The notes beneath the pieces were generated by a model. It saw only the letters and a program-made list of their open reading frames with translations. It was not told the origin of the DNA and made no database searches. The position numbers and the translations under genes were made by a program. Shown here one piece after another: positions 9,801 to 18,311 of a DNA stretch of 41,843 nucleotides. Within the stretch, counting starts at the first letter, position 1; the number at the start of each line of letters is the position of its first letter. The DNA comes from Candidatus Desantisbacteria bacterium CG1_02_49_89 (GTDB lineage: Bacteria > Desantisbacteria > UBA1551): NCBI GenBank assembly GCA_001871075.1, contig MNUP01000003.1, forward strand, positions 1-41,843, read 5' to 3'.

Positions 9801-11748
9801 CGTGGGGACATTCGCGCTATTCCTTATAGTATTCGCTGCCCTCAGGTACGTGCACCCGGCGTTCGATATAACGCTGACGCCGTTCATGGTGCTGCTGGCG
9901 TTCATAACGCTTGCGCTTGCGATACTTGTCATCGGGATCATTATGGGCAAGTTCGACGAGCTGTTCAAGGAATACAAGAAGAAAGTGACGGGAGTTCATA
10001 CCACGGACGTTGGGCGCATAAGCGCCACAGCGACCGCGTTTTCGCTGGGCGTGTCCAACATGAGGAAGAGGAAAGGGAGGACCGGCCTGACGTGCGCGAC
10101 CCTGATACTCCTGACATTCACCGTGCTTTCGTTTACGTCCGTCAAGACCTTCATGCGCTCAAGCAAGATGTCCCTTGAAAAGCCGGCGATGTACGAGGGC
10201 CTTCTTTTCAGGGAGAGGAACTGGGAGCCGATGGAGGAAACGACCTACAAGATCCTGTACAACGAATTCAAGAATGAAACGAACCTGTCGCCCAGGGCGT
10301 GGTATTATTCAACGATGGTCGGGAACCAGTCGTTCATAGACCTTAAGAACGGCCAGAACAAATACACCATCACCGCGATAAACGGCCTAAGCCCCAACGA
10401 ATACAGGTTAAGCCCGGTATATGAAAGGGCGCTGACCGCAGGAAGGTGGTTTGAAGAAAACGATCTCTTCTCCTGCATCCTGCCCGCAAGCGTTGCCAAG
10501 AGCCTGGACGTGGGGATAGGCAGCGAGGTCATGATATTCGGGCTTCCGTTCAGGCTGATCGGCATACTCGACGAGGATGAGCTCAAGAACATCATCGACC
10601 TTGACGAGGAAGAGATAACCCCCGTTAATTACCTTGCCATGTCCGAAAGGATGACCCAGCAGAGCACGGCCGAATCACCCGAAGCCCCGCCCCAGAAATT
10701 CATACACCTGATGCCCCACGAGATAGCGTTCCTGCCTTATGCCACACTGATGAACCTCGGCGGCCAGCTGCGCTCAGTGGCGCTGGGCGCAAAGGACTCA
10801 GCGCAGGTGAAGGAGATCCTGGCTGACGTGATGCCCAGGCTTGCCCTGAACCTGTTCGTTGGAGAGGAAGGAAAAACCTATTACTCAAGCTCCATCGGAA
10901 GGACATCCTTCTCAGGCCTGCCCAACCTGTTCATACCCATACTTATCGCGGCTTTCATAGTGCTGAACACAATGCTGGGTTCGGTCTTTGAAAGGGTGAG
11001 GGAGATCGGGATCTACAGCGCGGTGGGGCTCGCGCCCTCGCACATCGCCGCCCTTTTCCTTGCCGAGGCATGCGTTTACGCGACCGTGGGTTCTGTTTCT
11101 GGATACCTGCTGGGCCAGGGCGTTGCCAAGATAATAACCGCCCTGCATCTTTTCCAGGGCCTGACCCTTAATTATTCCTCTGTTTCCGCGACCGGTTCCA
11201 TCGGTGTTGTCATCCTGATGGTGATACTGTCTTCCATATATCCTGCAAGGAAGGCATCCACGCTTGCGGTGCCGTCGGTAGAGAGGAGATGGAAGCTTCC
11301 GGAGCCTGTGGGCGACAGCTGGCATTTTGAGATGCCCTTCACGGTCACCGGGGAAGAAGCGAGGGGGATAAACGCGTTCCTGAAGGAGTTCTTTGACGGG
11401 CACGTGGAATATTCAATAGGCGATTTTTACACCGAGCCGGGCAAGCTTTTCGAACTTTCTTCGCAGTTCGGGACCGCGTATAAGCTGGCGCAGATGGCGT
11501 GGCTTGCGCCGTTCGACCTTGGGGTAAGCCAGGAGGTCAGCGTTGACACGGAGCCGATCAAGACCCCCGGAGTTTACAACCTTTCGCTCAACATTACCCG
11601 CAAAAGCGGCGACATCGTGTCCTGGAAGAGGACCAACACAAGGTTCGTGAACCACCTGCGGAAACAGCTGCTCCTGTGGAGGACCCTGCTTCCTGAGGAA
11701 AGGACCAGGTACGCCAAGAAAGCGGACGAGCTGATCACCAAAGCCTAG
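6895..11748 (+). CDS. Large fusion: signal peptide, PA/M28-peptidase-like ectodomain with inserted F5/8 type C (discoidin) module, TM bundle, MacB-like periplasmic region and FtsX permease (about 1617 aa)
   Basis: SRITGLEGADAAASYI, NIVGFIPG, PGAEDACGISALLE (M28-like); AFDGKMNTRWSS...EWLTVDL...SLWEFEVY (discoidin); NTMLGSVFERVREIGIYSAVG and YPARKAS (FtsX); GGGGG RBS before ATG 6895. Confidence 0.85.
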   Translation: MRKKIFVALTIPLFCLSFILFTEAQDDESTNYASIAGIVDAGRQASVIQYLAGLKSRITGLEGADAAASYIQAKFAELGLRDIRTLEFPVVVPVEKRAALTAAGGKYELHALWPNLTNPSTPDSITGHIIYAGTSKLYEYNQKYVTGSIVLLDFNCGGDWFNAFLLGAKAVIFIEPSETLRGETEKKYLSIPLCVPRYWISRSQGEALARAVSGKKEIIGELRSAMAWEKRTGKNIVGFIPGQDPKLKNDLVIVESFYDAISVVPALAPGAEDACGISALLEVARTLKAFPPKRTTMILASSGHFQGLAGMKHFMNYWNEQAGKEKEGKKTTEDNLAFKKPAKCSSREPSISYVPDSAFDGKMNTRWSSSQRRRDDEWLTVDLQKPETIAQIVLQWELSYCPRYVLMSSVDGTSWDTIIEAKSNKGGEDVVAFTPRTARYLKMQQLSRVTGSSGCSLWEFEVYPKQVTAVTAVQFPEIALSISLDLSSRGEGVGIFYKGSFYDQREDDLKPKYSSMGMMCSTYASAISEELGLPEQYFANGINPLKGRSWRTFIPTDMAFNGEAVTLFGRTGITLASTNDGRPLVDTPLNKFDKINVSNLGRQTKFAACLVNKMVNGPKMLTKLDIPNYACTLKGRVVEFDPRVSYIPNTPVPGAIVAGRGRAKIFTGVRGELIDIASFEGGENGTDTASFKFIGLPSVRTSFIPPENKQQVEAYIIDTGGQVIYAPDMGEQGAKAYPISVPLDWAEKEATVVVFPCVSVSMYDLIDQRFYKTFQSVSVFDGKTNAEPTLYGFSFPRQMGTFFQEPAALIYMRPNELLKVTMGAGIVGTQFTLLNSTETEPLGRGYKAMFHSSVPLTPYKVAKDMWILDNWRMGILKRRGIENNRLEELHRLALRDLTRADTALAAMDYEHFIRYSRTAWGFESRAYPDVRATGDDVVKGVIFYLFLLLPFAYFLERLFFAFPDIRKQIVGTFALFLIVFAALRYVHPAFDITLTPFMVLLAFITLALAILVIGIIMGKFDELFKEYKKKVTGVHTTDVGRISATATAFSLGVSNMRKRKGRTGLTCATLILLTFTVLSFTSVKTFMRSSKMSLEKPAMYEGLLFRERNWEPMEETTYKILYNEFKNETNLSPRAWYYSTMVGNQSFIDLKNGQNKYTITAINGLSPNEYRLSPVYERALTAGRWFEENDLFSCILPASVAKSLDVGIGSEVMIFGLPFRLIGILDEDELKNIIDLDEEEITPVNYLAMSERMTQQSTAESPEAPPQKFIHLMPHEIAFLPYATLMNLGGQLRSVALGAKDSAQVKEILADVMPRLALNLFVGEEGKTYYSSSIGRTSFSGLPNLFIPILIAAFIVLNTMLGSVFERVREIGIYSAVGLAPSHIAALFLAEACVYATVGSVSGYLLGQGVAKIITALHLFQGLTLNYSSVSATGSIGVVILMVILSSIYPARKASTLAVPSVERRWKLPEPVGDSWHFEMPFTVTGEEARGINAFLKEFFDGHVEYSIGDFYTEPGKLFELSSQFGTAYKLAQMAWLAPFDLGVSQEVSVDTEPIKTPGVYNLSLNITRKSGDIVSWKRTNTRFVNHLRKQLLLWRTLLPEERTRYAKKADELITKA

Positions 11749-11875
11749 CTGACGCCTGATTACACCGATAAAGAATTTTATTTTTAAATCTAATCTGAGT
11801 AATCATTGTTTAAGAAATCTGTGTAATCATTACTAAAGAAATCTGTGTAATCATATTTAACGAAAGGAGCCGATA

Positions 11876-13879
11876 ATGGAAGAACAAAAAGAAGAGGTAG
11901 TGGTAAAAAGAGAGCAGACCTCTGTAGGCTATACGCGCGAAAAAGCCCCCGTGGAGTTTATTGACGGTTTTTCGCTGCGCACTGTAATAGGGGCGTTCTT
12001 CGTTGGTTTTGTCATGATGCCTGCTTCAATATACCTGGGCCTTGTCGCAGGGACAAGCCTGGGCGACGCTGCCCAGTGGGTTACCATCATACTCTTCAGC
12101 GAAGTCGTAAGGCGTTCGTTCGGCACGCTGAAAAAGCAGGAACTCTACATGCTCTATTACATAGCGGGCAGCCTTATAGGTTTTGCCGGAGGCCTTGCGC
12201 TTTCAGGCGGAGTTTTCTCCTGGATGATATGGAACCAGTATGTTATCAGCTCCCCCACCGCGGAAAAATTCCGCATTGTCGAATACCTTAAGGCGGAAGG
12301 CGTTAACTGGATCGCTCCTTTCCCCGGCTCTGAGGCGCTTATCAACAGGACGTTCTTCCACAAGGACTGGATCCCGGCGATAGTGCTGATGGTTATCCTT
12401 AACGTCCTTGCAAGGATGAACTGGCTGGGGCTCGGGTATTTCGCGTTCCGCGTGACCTCTGATTTTGAAAGGCTTCCCTTCCCGATGGCGCCGATAGCGG
12501 CTCAGGGCGCGACCGCGCTTGCCGAGGTGAACGGGAAGCGCGAAACCTGGAGATGGAGGGTGTTCAGCATCGGCTCGGTGATCGGGGTGGCGTTCGGGTT
12601 AATATACATACTCGTCCCCACGTTTTCAGGCGCGATCTTCAACAAGCCTTTCCAGATCCTTCCCATTCCTTTTATTGACCTGACCACGAACACGGAGGGA
12701 ATACTGCCTGCCGCCCTTACAGGCCTGAACACGGAGCTGGGCAGCATGATGGCAGGATTTGTCATTCCTTATCATATAGTGCTGGGTATGTTCATAAGCT
12801 CGGTTATCTGCCAGATAGGCCTTAACCCCGTCCTCTACAACGCGGGTATACTGCATACCTGGAGGAAGGGGATGGGCTCGATCCCCACAAGCATGGCGAA
12901 CAGCCTGGATTTCTGGCTGAGCATCTCGATAGGAACGGCGCTTACAATCGCGATCCTGGGTATATTCAATGTCGTGAAGGCATTCACTAAGAAGAAAAAC
13001 GCAGGCGAAAGGGGAAGCTTCGCGCCTGTGCCCGGGCGCGGTGATTTCCCGATAAAACTCGCCCTGGGCCTGTGGCTGGCTTCAACGCTTGGTTACATAA
13101 TAGTATGCCACAAGCTTGTGCCCCTTTTCCCCATATGGCTTTTTGTTGTATACGGGTTTATATGGACCCCGCTGAACACTTACATTTCGGCGAGGATGAT
13201 AGGCCTTACCGGAGGCGGGGTCGGGTTCCCTTACCTGAAGGAAGCAACGTTTATCCTGAGCGGCTACAAGGGCGTGGCGATATGGTGGGCTCCCGTACCG
13301 CTGTTTGACCACGGATGGGCGGCCCAGAGGTTCAGGGAAGTTGAACTCACAGGCACCAAGATTATGAGCGTTATCAAGGCGGAAATTTTCATGTTCCCCG
13401 TAATGCTTCTGTGCAGCCTGATATTCTGGTCCTTCATCTGGAAACTGGGGCCGATACCGTCCGCGATATACCCGTACGCGACCAAGTTCTGGCCCCTGCA
13501 CGCGATGTACCAGTGCCTGTGGTCTACCGCTACGGTAGAAAAGACGAGCTGGATGCTTCAGGCGATCCAGCCGAAATGGATACTGCTGGGGCTTGGTACC
13601 GGCGGCATTCTTTACGGCATAACAGCCTGGATGGGCGCGCCCATACTATTTTTCTACGGACTGCTGGGCGGCATGGGGGGCTGGCCGCATTACACGATCC
13701 CGTTAATGTTCGGAGGGCTTCTTGGCAAATACGTCTTCACAAAGCAGTTCGGGCAGGAGAAGTGGAGGGCGTTTGCGCCTGTGCTCGTTGCGGGATACGC
13801 ATGCGGCATGGGCCTGACGGGAATGTGCGGCATCGCGATAGCGCTGATCTCCAAGGCCGTATATCAAATGCCCTTTTAA
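11876..13879 (+). CDS. Polytopic membrane protein, OPT-like putative peptide transporter (second, divergent)
   Basis: Many TM helices; DFERLPFPMAP motif; AAGGAG RBS. Confidence 0.75.
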   Translation: MEEQKEEVVVKREQTSVGYTREKAPVEFIDGFSLRTVIGAFFVGFVMMPASIYLGLVAGTSLGDAAQWVTIILFSEVVRRSFGTLKKQELYMLYYIAGSLIGFAGGLALSGGVFSWMIWNQYVISSPTAEKFRIVEYLKAEGVNWIAPFPGSEALINRTFFHKDWIPAIVLMVILNVLARMNWLGLGYFAFRVTSDFERLPFPMAPIAAQGATALAEVNGKRETWRWRVFSIGSVIGVAFGLIYILVPTFSGAIFNKPFQILPIPFIDLTTNTEGILPAALTGLNTELGSMMAGFVIPYHIVLGMFISSVICQIGLNPVLYNAGILHTWRKGMGSIPTSMANSLDFWLSISIGTALTIAILGIFNVVKAFTKKKNAGERGSFAPVPGRGDFPIKLALGLWLASTLGYIIVCHKLVPLFPIWLFVVYGFIWTPLNTYISARMIGLTGGGVGFPYLKEATFILSGYKGVAIWWAPVPLFDHGWAAQRFREVELTGTKIMSVIKAEIFMFPVMLLCSLIFWSFIWKLGPIPSAIYPYATKFWPLHAMYQCLWSTATVEKTSWMLQAIQPKWILLGLGTGGILYGITAWMGAPILFFYGLLGGMGGWPHYTIPLMFGGLLGKYVFTKQFGQEKWRAFAPVLVAGYACGMGLTGMCGIAIALISKAVYQMPF

Positions 13880-13984
13880 ATACAGTCATGGGTCATGTGT
13901 CATGAGTCATGAGTAAAATTGTAAATTTCGTGACTTCGTGACACTTTCGTGTCTTCGTGGAAATCTGTGGTTCCGGGGGGATTT

Positions 13985-14677
13985 ATGAAAAAGACATTTG
14001 TTTTCTTAGCGGTTGTTTTAACTTTTAACGTTCAACTTTTAACTTTTAACTGTTTTTCGGAAGTGAAAGGGCTTGTCGGGTACTGGAGTTTTGACGAAGG
14101 AAAAGGAACTATCGCGAAGGATTCCGCGGGAAAGAGCGACGGGGAGCTGCAGGGCGACCCGGAATGGGTTGAAGGCAAAAAGGGGAAGGCGCTTTATTTT
14201 GACGGGGCGGAGCAGACGGTCATAATACAGAATTCGGACAGCCTGAGTTCCGCGGATATCACGGTAATGATGTGGATCAAGGCGGATGAACTGCGCATCC
14301 AGGGCCTTGCCGATAAATCGAGTTCCGCGGATTCCTGGCGGTTATTCATGGACAGCGATGTTGGGAATGTCGAGTTTGACGCGTGCGCTGACCAGTTCAA
14401 CGCTTCAAGCAAGGCAAAAGCCACGGCGGGGAAGTGGTACCACGTGGCAGGGACGTTTGAGTCCGCAACCAAGAAAATGAAGATATATGTTGACGGAAAA
14501 ATGTCAGGCATTTTCGCGAAGGCGGAGACAGCGGGCAACGACTTTGACGGCAGTATCCAGATCGCTTCTCCCGAGAACAACAGGTTCCACGGCGCGATCG
14601 ACGAGGTGAAGATCTTCAACAGGGCTCTTACGGCGGAGGAGATCGCGGCGGAAACCGGAGTTGCGGTCACGCAATAG
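13985..14677 (+). CDS. Secreted LamG-like (concanavalin A-type jelly-roll) protein
   Basis: GLVGYWSFDEGKG, GKALYFDG, WYHVAGTF...KIYVDG, FHGAIDEVKIFNRALTAEEI; signal peptide. Confidence 0.9.
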   Translation: MKKTFVFLAVVLTFNVQLLTFNCFSEVKGLVGYWSFDEGKGTIAKDSAGKSDGELQGDPEWVEGKKGKALYFDGAEQTVIIQNSDSLSSADITVMMWIKADELRIQGLADKSSSADSWRLFMDSDVGNVEFDACADQFNASSKAKATAGKWYHVAGTFESATKKMKIYVDGKMSGIFAKAETAGNDFDGSIQIASPENNRFHGAIDEVKIFNRALTAEEIAAETGVAVTQ

Positions 14678-14730
14678 ATAAGTTTACAAAGTTTATATAG
14701 TTTACAGAGTTTACAAGTGAGATTTTATTT

Positions 14731-14766
14731 CCTTCTCCCCTCGCGGGAGAGGATTAAGGTGAGGGG
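14731..14766. repeat. Palindromic repeat family CCTCTCCC...GGGAGAGG...GGTGAGGGG; further copies at about 19987-20022, 26706-26740 and 41648-41699
   Basis: Four similar copies seen in the window. Confidence 0.75.
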
Positions 14767-14770
14767 CAAC

Positions 14771-14808
14771 AAAAAAAGGCGGGGAATTTTCCCCGCCTTT
14801 TATTTTTT
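14771..14808. terminator. Bidirectional intrinsic terminator between the convergent membrane operon and carB
   Basis: AAAAAAAGGCGGGGAA-TT-TTCCCCGCCTTTTATTTTTT, with A tract before and T tract after the stem. Confidence 0.9.
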
Positions 14809-14816
14809 ACAAATAA

Positions 14817-14867
14817 CGCAGGTTAAAACCTGCGGCTACCTATTAGGGCGGGCAAGCCCGCCCCTAC
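14817..14867 (-). repeat. Two GTAG-type REP-like hairpins in tandem
   Basis: Minus strand reads GTAGGGGCGGGCTTGCCCGCCC then GTAGCCGCAGGTTTTAACCTGCG. Confidence 0.6.
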
Positions 14868-14888
14868 GCTGACACGCTGACACGCTTT

Positions 14889-17800
14889 TTATTCTTTATG
14901 GTATTCCTGCAGGCTTTTGATCCCGATCTGTTTCTTGGTAAGCGACTCTATGCCGTTCACAGCGGCCTGCGCCCCGGACACGGTGGTGATTATCGGGATG
15001 TTGTTCATGACCGCGTAGGCGCGTATTGAGATCTGGTCAGACTTGGGTTTTTTCCCGGAAGGGGTGTTTATCAGGAGCTGTATCTCTTTGTTCTTCATCA
15101 TGTCAACAACGTTGGGCCGGCCCTCGTGGATCTTCTGCACTTCGGTCACCTGAATGTCGTTGTTTTCAAGCACTTTCGCGGTCCCTTTGGTCGCGAGTAT
15201 CCTGAATCCCAGGTCGGCAAGTTTTTTGGCTATGAAGATCATGGAGCGCTTGTCTTTTTCCTTCACGCTTATGAACACGTTCCCTTTCACCGGGAGTATC
15301 GTGCCTGCCGCGATCTGGGATTTCGCGAACGCAAGCCCGAATTCCCTGTCAATGCCCATAACCTCACCCGTGGATTTCATCTCCGGCCCCAGGATGGGGT
15401 CAACGCCCGGGAACCTGTTGAAAGGGAACACCGATTCCTTCACCGCGACGTGGGTTATGTCGACTTCTTTCTCTATCCCCAGTTCCTTGAGTTTTTTTCC
15501 GACCATTACTTTTGACGCGATCTTCGCCCACGGAACGCCGGTTGCCTTGGAAACGAACGGGACTGTGCGGGAAGCCCTGGGATTCACCTCAAGCACGTAT
15601 ATCGTTTCGTTCTTTATAGCGTACTGCACGTTCATCAACCCTATGACCTTAAGCTCTTTTGCCATTTTATAAGTGCTTTCTTTTAACTCAGCGATTACCT
15701 TGTCGCTCAGGGAGAACGGGGGGATGACGCTCGCGCTGTCCCCGGAATGGATACCCGCCTCCTCAATATGTTCCATTATGCCGCACACCACGCATTTGTC
15801 ACCGTCAGCAACCGCGTCCACGTCGATCTCTATGGCGTCTTCCAGGAACTTGTCAACCAGGATCGGATGCTCGGGTGACGCCTCAACGGCGATAGCCATG
15901 AATTCTTCAAGCGATGATTCATCATACACGACCCTCATTGCCCTGCCGCCCAAAACATAAGAAGGGCGCACCATGACCGGATACCCGATCTCCGAAGCTA
16001 TCTTCTTCGCTTCTTTGAACGAGAACGCGGTGCCGTTCTCAGCCTGTTTTAATTTGAGCTTGTCAAGCAGCTGCTTGAAACGTTCCCTGTCCTCGGCTAT
16101 GTCTATGCTGTCAGGCGAGGTGCCCAGTATATTAACGCCTGCCTTCTGCAAAGGCACTGTAAGGTTAAGAGGGGTCTGGCCGCCCAGCTGCACAATGACG
16201 CCAAGCGGTTTTTCCTTCTCTACAATGCTCAGAACGTCTTCCAGGGTGAGCGGCTCAAAATACAGCTTGTCCGACGTGTCGTAGTCGGTGGACACGGTCT
16301 CGGGATTTGAGTTCACCATTATGGTCTCGTATCCCAGTTCTTTGAGCGCGAGCGAGCAGTGCACGCAGCAGTAGTCGAACTCAATTCCCTGCCCGATGCG
16401 GTTTGGCCCCCCGCCCAGGATCATGATTTTCTTTTTATCCGATGTTTCCACTTTATCTGCTCCGTTATAAGAACCTGTCTTCGACAGAACCTTGTTGCTC
16501 GATTGAAAAGTCGAGAGCCTGTCGCAATAAGTGGAATAATAATAATAGGCGCTTGCCCCGCTCACAGGGACCTTGTCCCATGCTTCTGTCTTATTTATTT
16601 TTTTTCTCTGGTTCCTTATCTGTTCTTCAGGGATACCCAGGATCTTGCCCAGGTACCTGTCACTGAACCCCCATTCTTTTGCTTTGCGCAGCAGGGCAGT
16701 GTCCAGTGTCCAGTGTCCAGTGTCCAGTTTTTTATTTTTAAGTTTTGACCTTTGACCTTTGAGTATGAGTTCTTCCTCAAACTCCACCAGCTCCTTCATC
16801 TGCTCAATGAACCATTTTTTTATTTTCGTCTTCTCATACAGCTCGTCAACGCTCACTCCCTTGCGCAGGGCCTCGTACATTATGAACTGCCGCTCGGAGC
16901 TTGGGTCCCTGAGCAGGTCCCTGAGCTCATCGGCTGAGAGCTTGTTGAAATTCTTCGCGAAACCCAGGCCGTACCTGTTGTTTTCAAGCCCGCGTATGGA
17001 TTTCTGGAACGCCTCCTTGTAGTTCTTACCTATGCTCATTATTTCGCCTACAGCCTTCATTTCAGTACCGAGCTTGTCTTTCGCCCCGGGGAATTTCTCG
17101 AACGCCCACCTGGCGAACTTTATGACCACGTAATCGCCGGACGGCGTGTATTTGTCAAGCGTTCCGTCCCGCCAGTAGGGGATGTCCTTTAAAAGATCGC
17201 CGCCCGCAAGGCGCGATGATACCCATGCGATCGGGAATCCGGTTGCTTTTGAAGCAAGCGCCGATGAGCGCGATGTCCTGGGGTTTATTTCGATCGCCAC
17301 TATCCTGTCATCAAAAGAGTTGTGCGCGAACTGTATGTTGGTGCCACCGATAACGCCTATCGCCTCCACGATCCTGTATGAATATTCCTGTAGTTTGTCC
17401 TGGACTTCTTTTGATATGGTAAGCATCGGAGCTGAGCAGAAAGAATCCCCTGTGTGCACTCCCATGGGGTCTATGTTCTCGATAAAGCATACGGTGATCA
17501 TGTTGTTTTCTCTGTCCCGCACGACCTCAAGCTCAAGTTCCTCCCAGCCGATCACCGATTTCTCTATAAGGATCTGGCCGATAAGGCTTGCCGTAATGCC
17601 GCGGGCGGCCGTGAATTTCAATTCTTCCTCATTAAAAACAGTTCCGCCGCCGGTCCCGCCCATGGTATAGGCTGGCCTTACTATCACGGGATACCCCAAT
17701 TTCTTGGCGATCTCAAGCGCTTCCTCGACAGAGTACGCGAGGTCGGACTGGGGCAGGGGTATGTCCAGTTTCTGCATTGTTTCCTTGAATGCCAGCCTGT

Positions 17801-18182
17801 CCTCGCCCCGTTCTATCGCATCCGCCTGAACGCCTATAATGCGGGTCCCGTATTTCTGGAGTATGCCTTTTTTGAAAAGGTCCGAAGCCATGTTAAGGCC
17901 TGTCTGGCCACCAAGGTTGGGAAGCAGGGCATCCGGCCTTTCTTTCTCGATGATCTTTTCAATGAATTCAGCTGTCAAAGGCTCGATATAGGTAATGTCT
18001 GCCATGCCGGGATCAGTCATAATAGTGGCGGGATTTGAGTTCACAAGAATGATCTTGTATCCCATAGAACGCAGAGCCTTGCATGCCTGCGTCCCTGAAT
18101 AATCAAATTCGCACGCCTGCCCGATGATTATCGGGCCCGAACCTATTATTAATACCTTGTTAATATCAGGCAGCTTTGCCAT
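14889..18182 (-). CDS. carB: Carbamoyl-phosphate synthase large subunit, full length
   Basis: [17 protein letters not shown], two ATP-grasp halves (GVHTGDS, GIHSGDS, EVNPRASRT), C-terminal MGS domain. Confidence 0.97.
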   Translation of the reverse strand: MAKLPDINKVLIIGSGPIIIGQACEFDYSGTQACKALRSMGYKIILVNSNPATIMTDPGMADITYIEPLTAEFIEKIIEKERPDALLPNLGGQTGLNMASDLFKKGILQKYGTRIIGVQADAIERGEDRLAFKETMQKLDIPLPQSDLAYSVEEALEIAKKLGYPVIVRPAYTMGGTGGGTVFNEEELKFTAARGITASLIGQILIEKSVIGWEELELEVVRDRENNMITVCFIENIDPMGVHTGDSFCSAPMLTISKEVQDKLQEYSYRIVEAIGVIGGTNIQFAHNSFDDRIVAIEINPRTSRSSALASKATGFPIAWVSSRLAGGDLLKDIPYWRDGTLDKYTPSGDYVVIKFARWAFEKFPGAKDKLGTEMKAVGEIMSIGKNYKEAFQKSIRGLENNRYGLGFAKNFNKLSADELRDLLRDPSSERQFIMYEALRKGVSVDELYEKTKIKKWFIEQMKELVEFEEELILKGQRSKLKNKKLDTGHWTLDTALLRKAKEWGFSDRYLGKILGIPEEQIRNQRKKINKTEAWDKVPVSGASAYYYYSTYCDRLSTFQSSNKVLSKTGSYNGADKVETSDKKKIMILGGGPNRIGQGIEFDYCCVHCSLALKELGYETIMVNSNPETVSTDYDTSDKLYFEPLTLEDVLSIVEKEKPLGVIVQLGGQTPLNLTVPLQKAGVNILGTSPDSIDIAEDRERFKQLLDKLKLKQAENGTAFSFKEAKKIASEIGYPVMVRPSYVLGGRAMRVVYDESSLEEFMAIAVEASPEHPILVDKFLEDAIEIDVDAVADGDKCVVCGIMEHIEEAGIHSGDSASVIPPFSLSDKVIAELKESTYKMAKELKVIGLMNVQYAIKNETIYVLEVNPRASRTVPFVSKATGVPWAKIASKVMVGKKLKELGIEKEVDITHVAVKESVFPFNRFPGVDPILGPEMKSTGEVMGIDREFGLAFAKSQIAAGTILPVKGNVFISVKEKDKRSMIFIAKKLADLGFRILATKGTAKVLENNDIQVTEVQKIHEGRPNVVDMMKNKEIQLLINTPSGKKPKSDQISIRAYAVMNNIPIITTVSGAQAAVNGIESLTKKQIGIKSLQEYHKE

Positions 18183-18311
18183 CTTCTCTCCCCTTTGAGA
18201 TAAGTTAAAGGTTAAAGTTAAAGGTTAAAAGTTAATGGCTCAACCGCATTTTTTTATTTGATGAACCGGCTTAAACTTTCAACCTTTAACCTTCAACTTT
18301 CAACGTTATTT

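Noticed and set aside
11758-11853. Repeated AAGAAATCTGTGTAATCAT units (also 23120-23188, 26266-26346) as a possible CRISPR array
   Set aside because: Units are short and degenerate, spacers are only about 5-10 nt, they are paired with inverted copies, and no cas genes are present
2347-14677. Classical RiPP or PQQ biosynthetic cluster suggested by the PqqD protein
   Set aside because: No radical SAM, PqqB/C/E, lasso cyclase or convincing precursor ORF in the window
16467-16531. Intein or self-splicing intron in carB
   Set aside because: Only 60 bp; far too short for an intein splicing domain or a group I/II intron core, despite the insert starting with Cys
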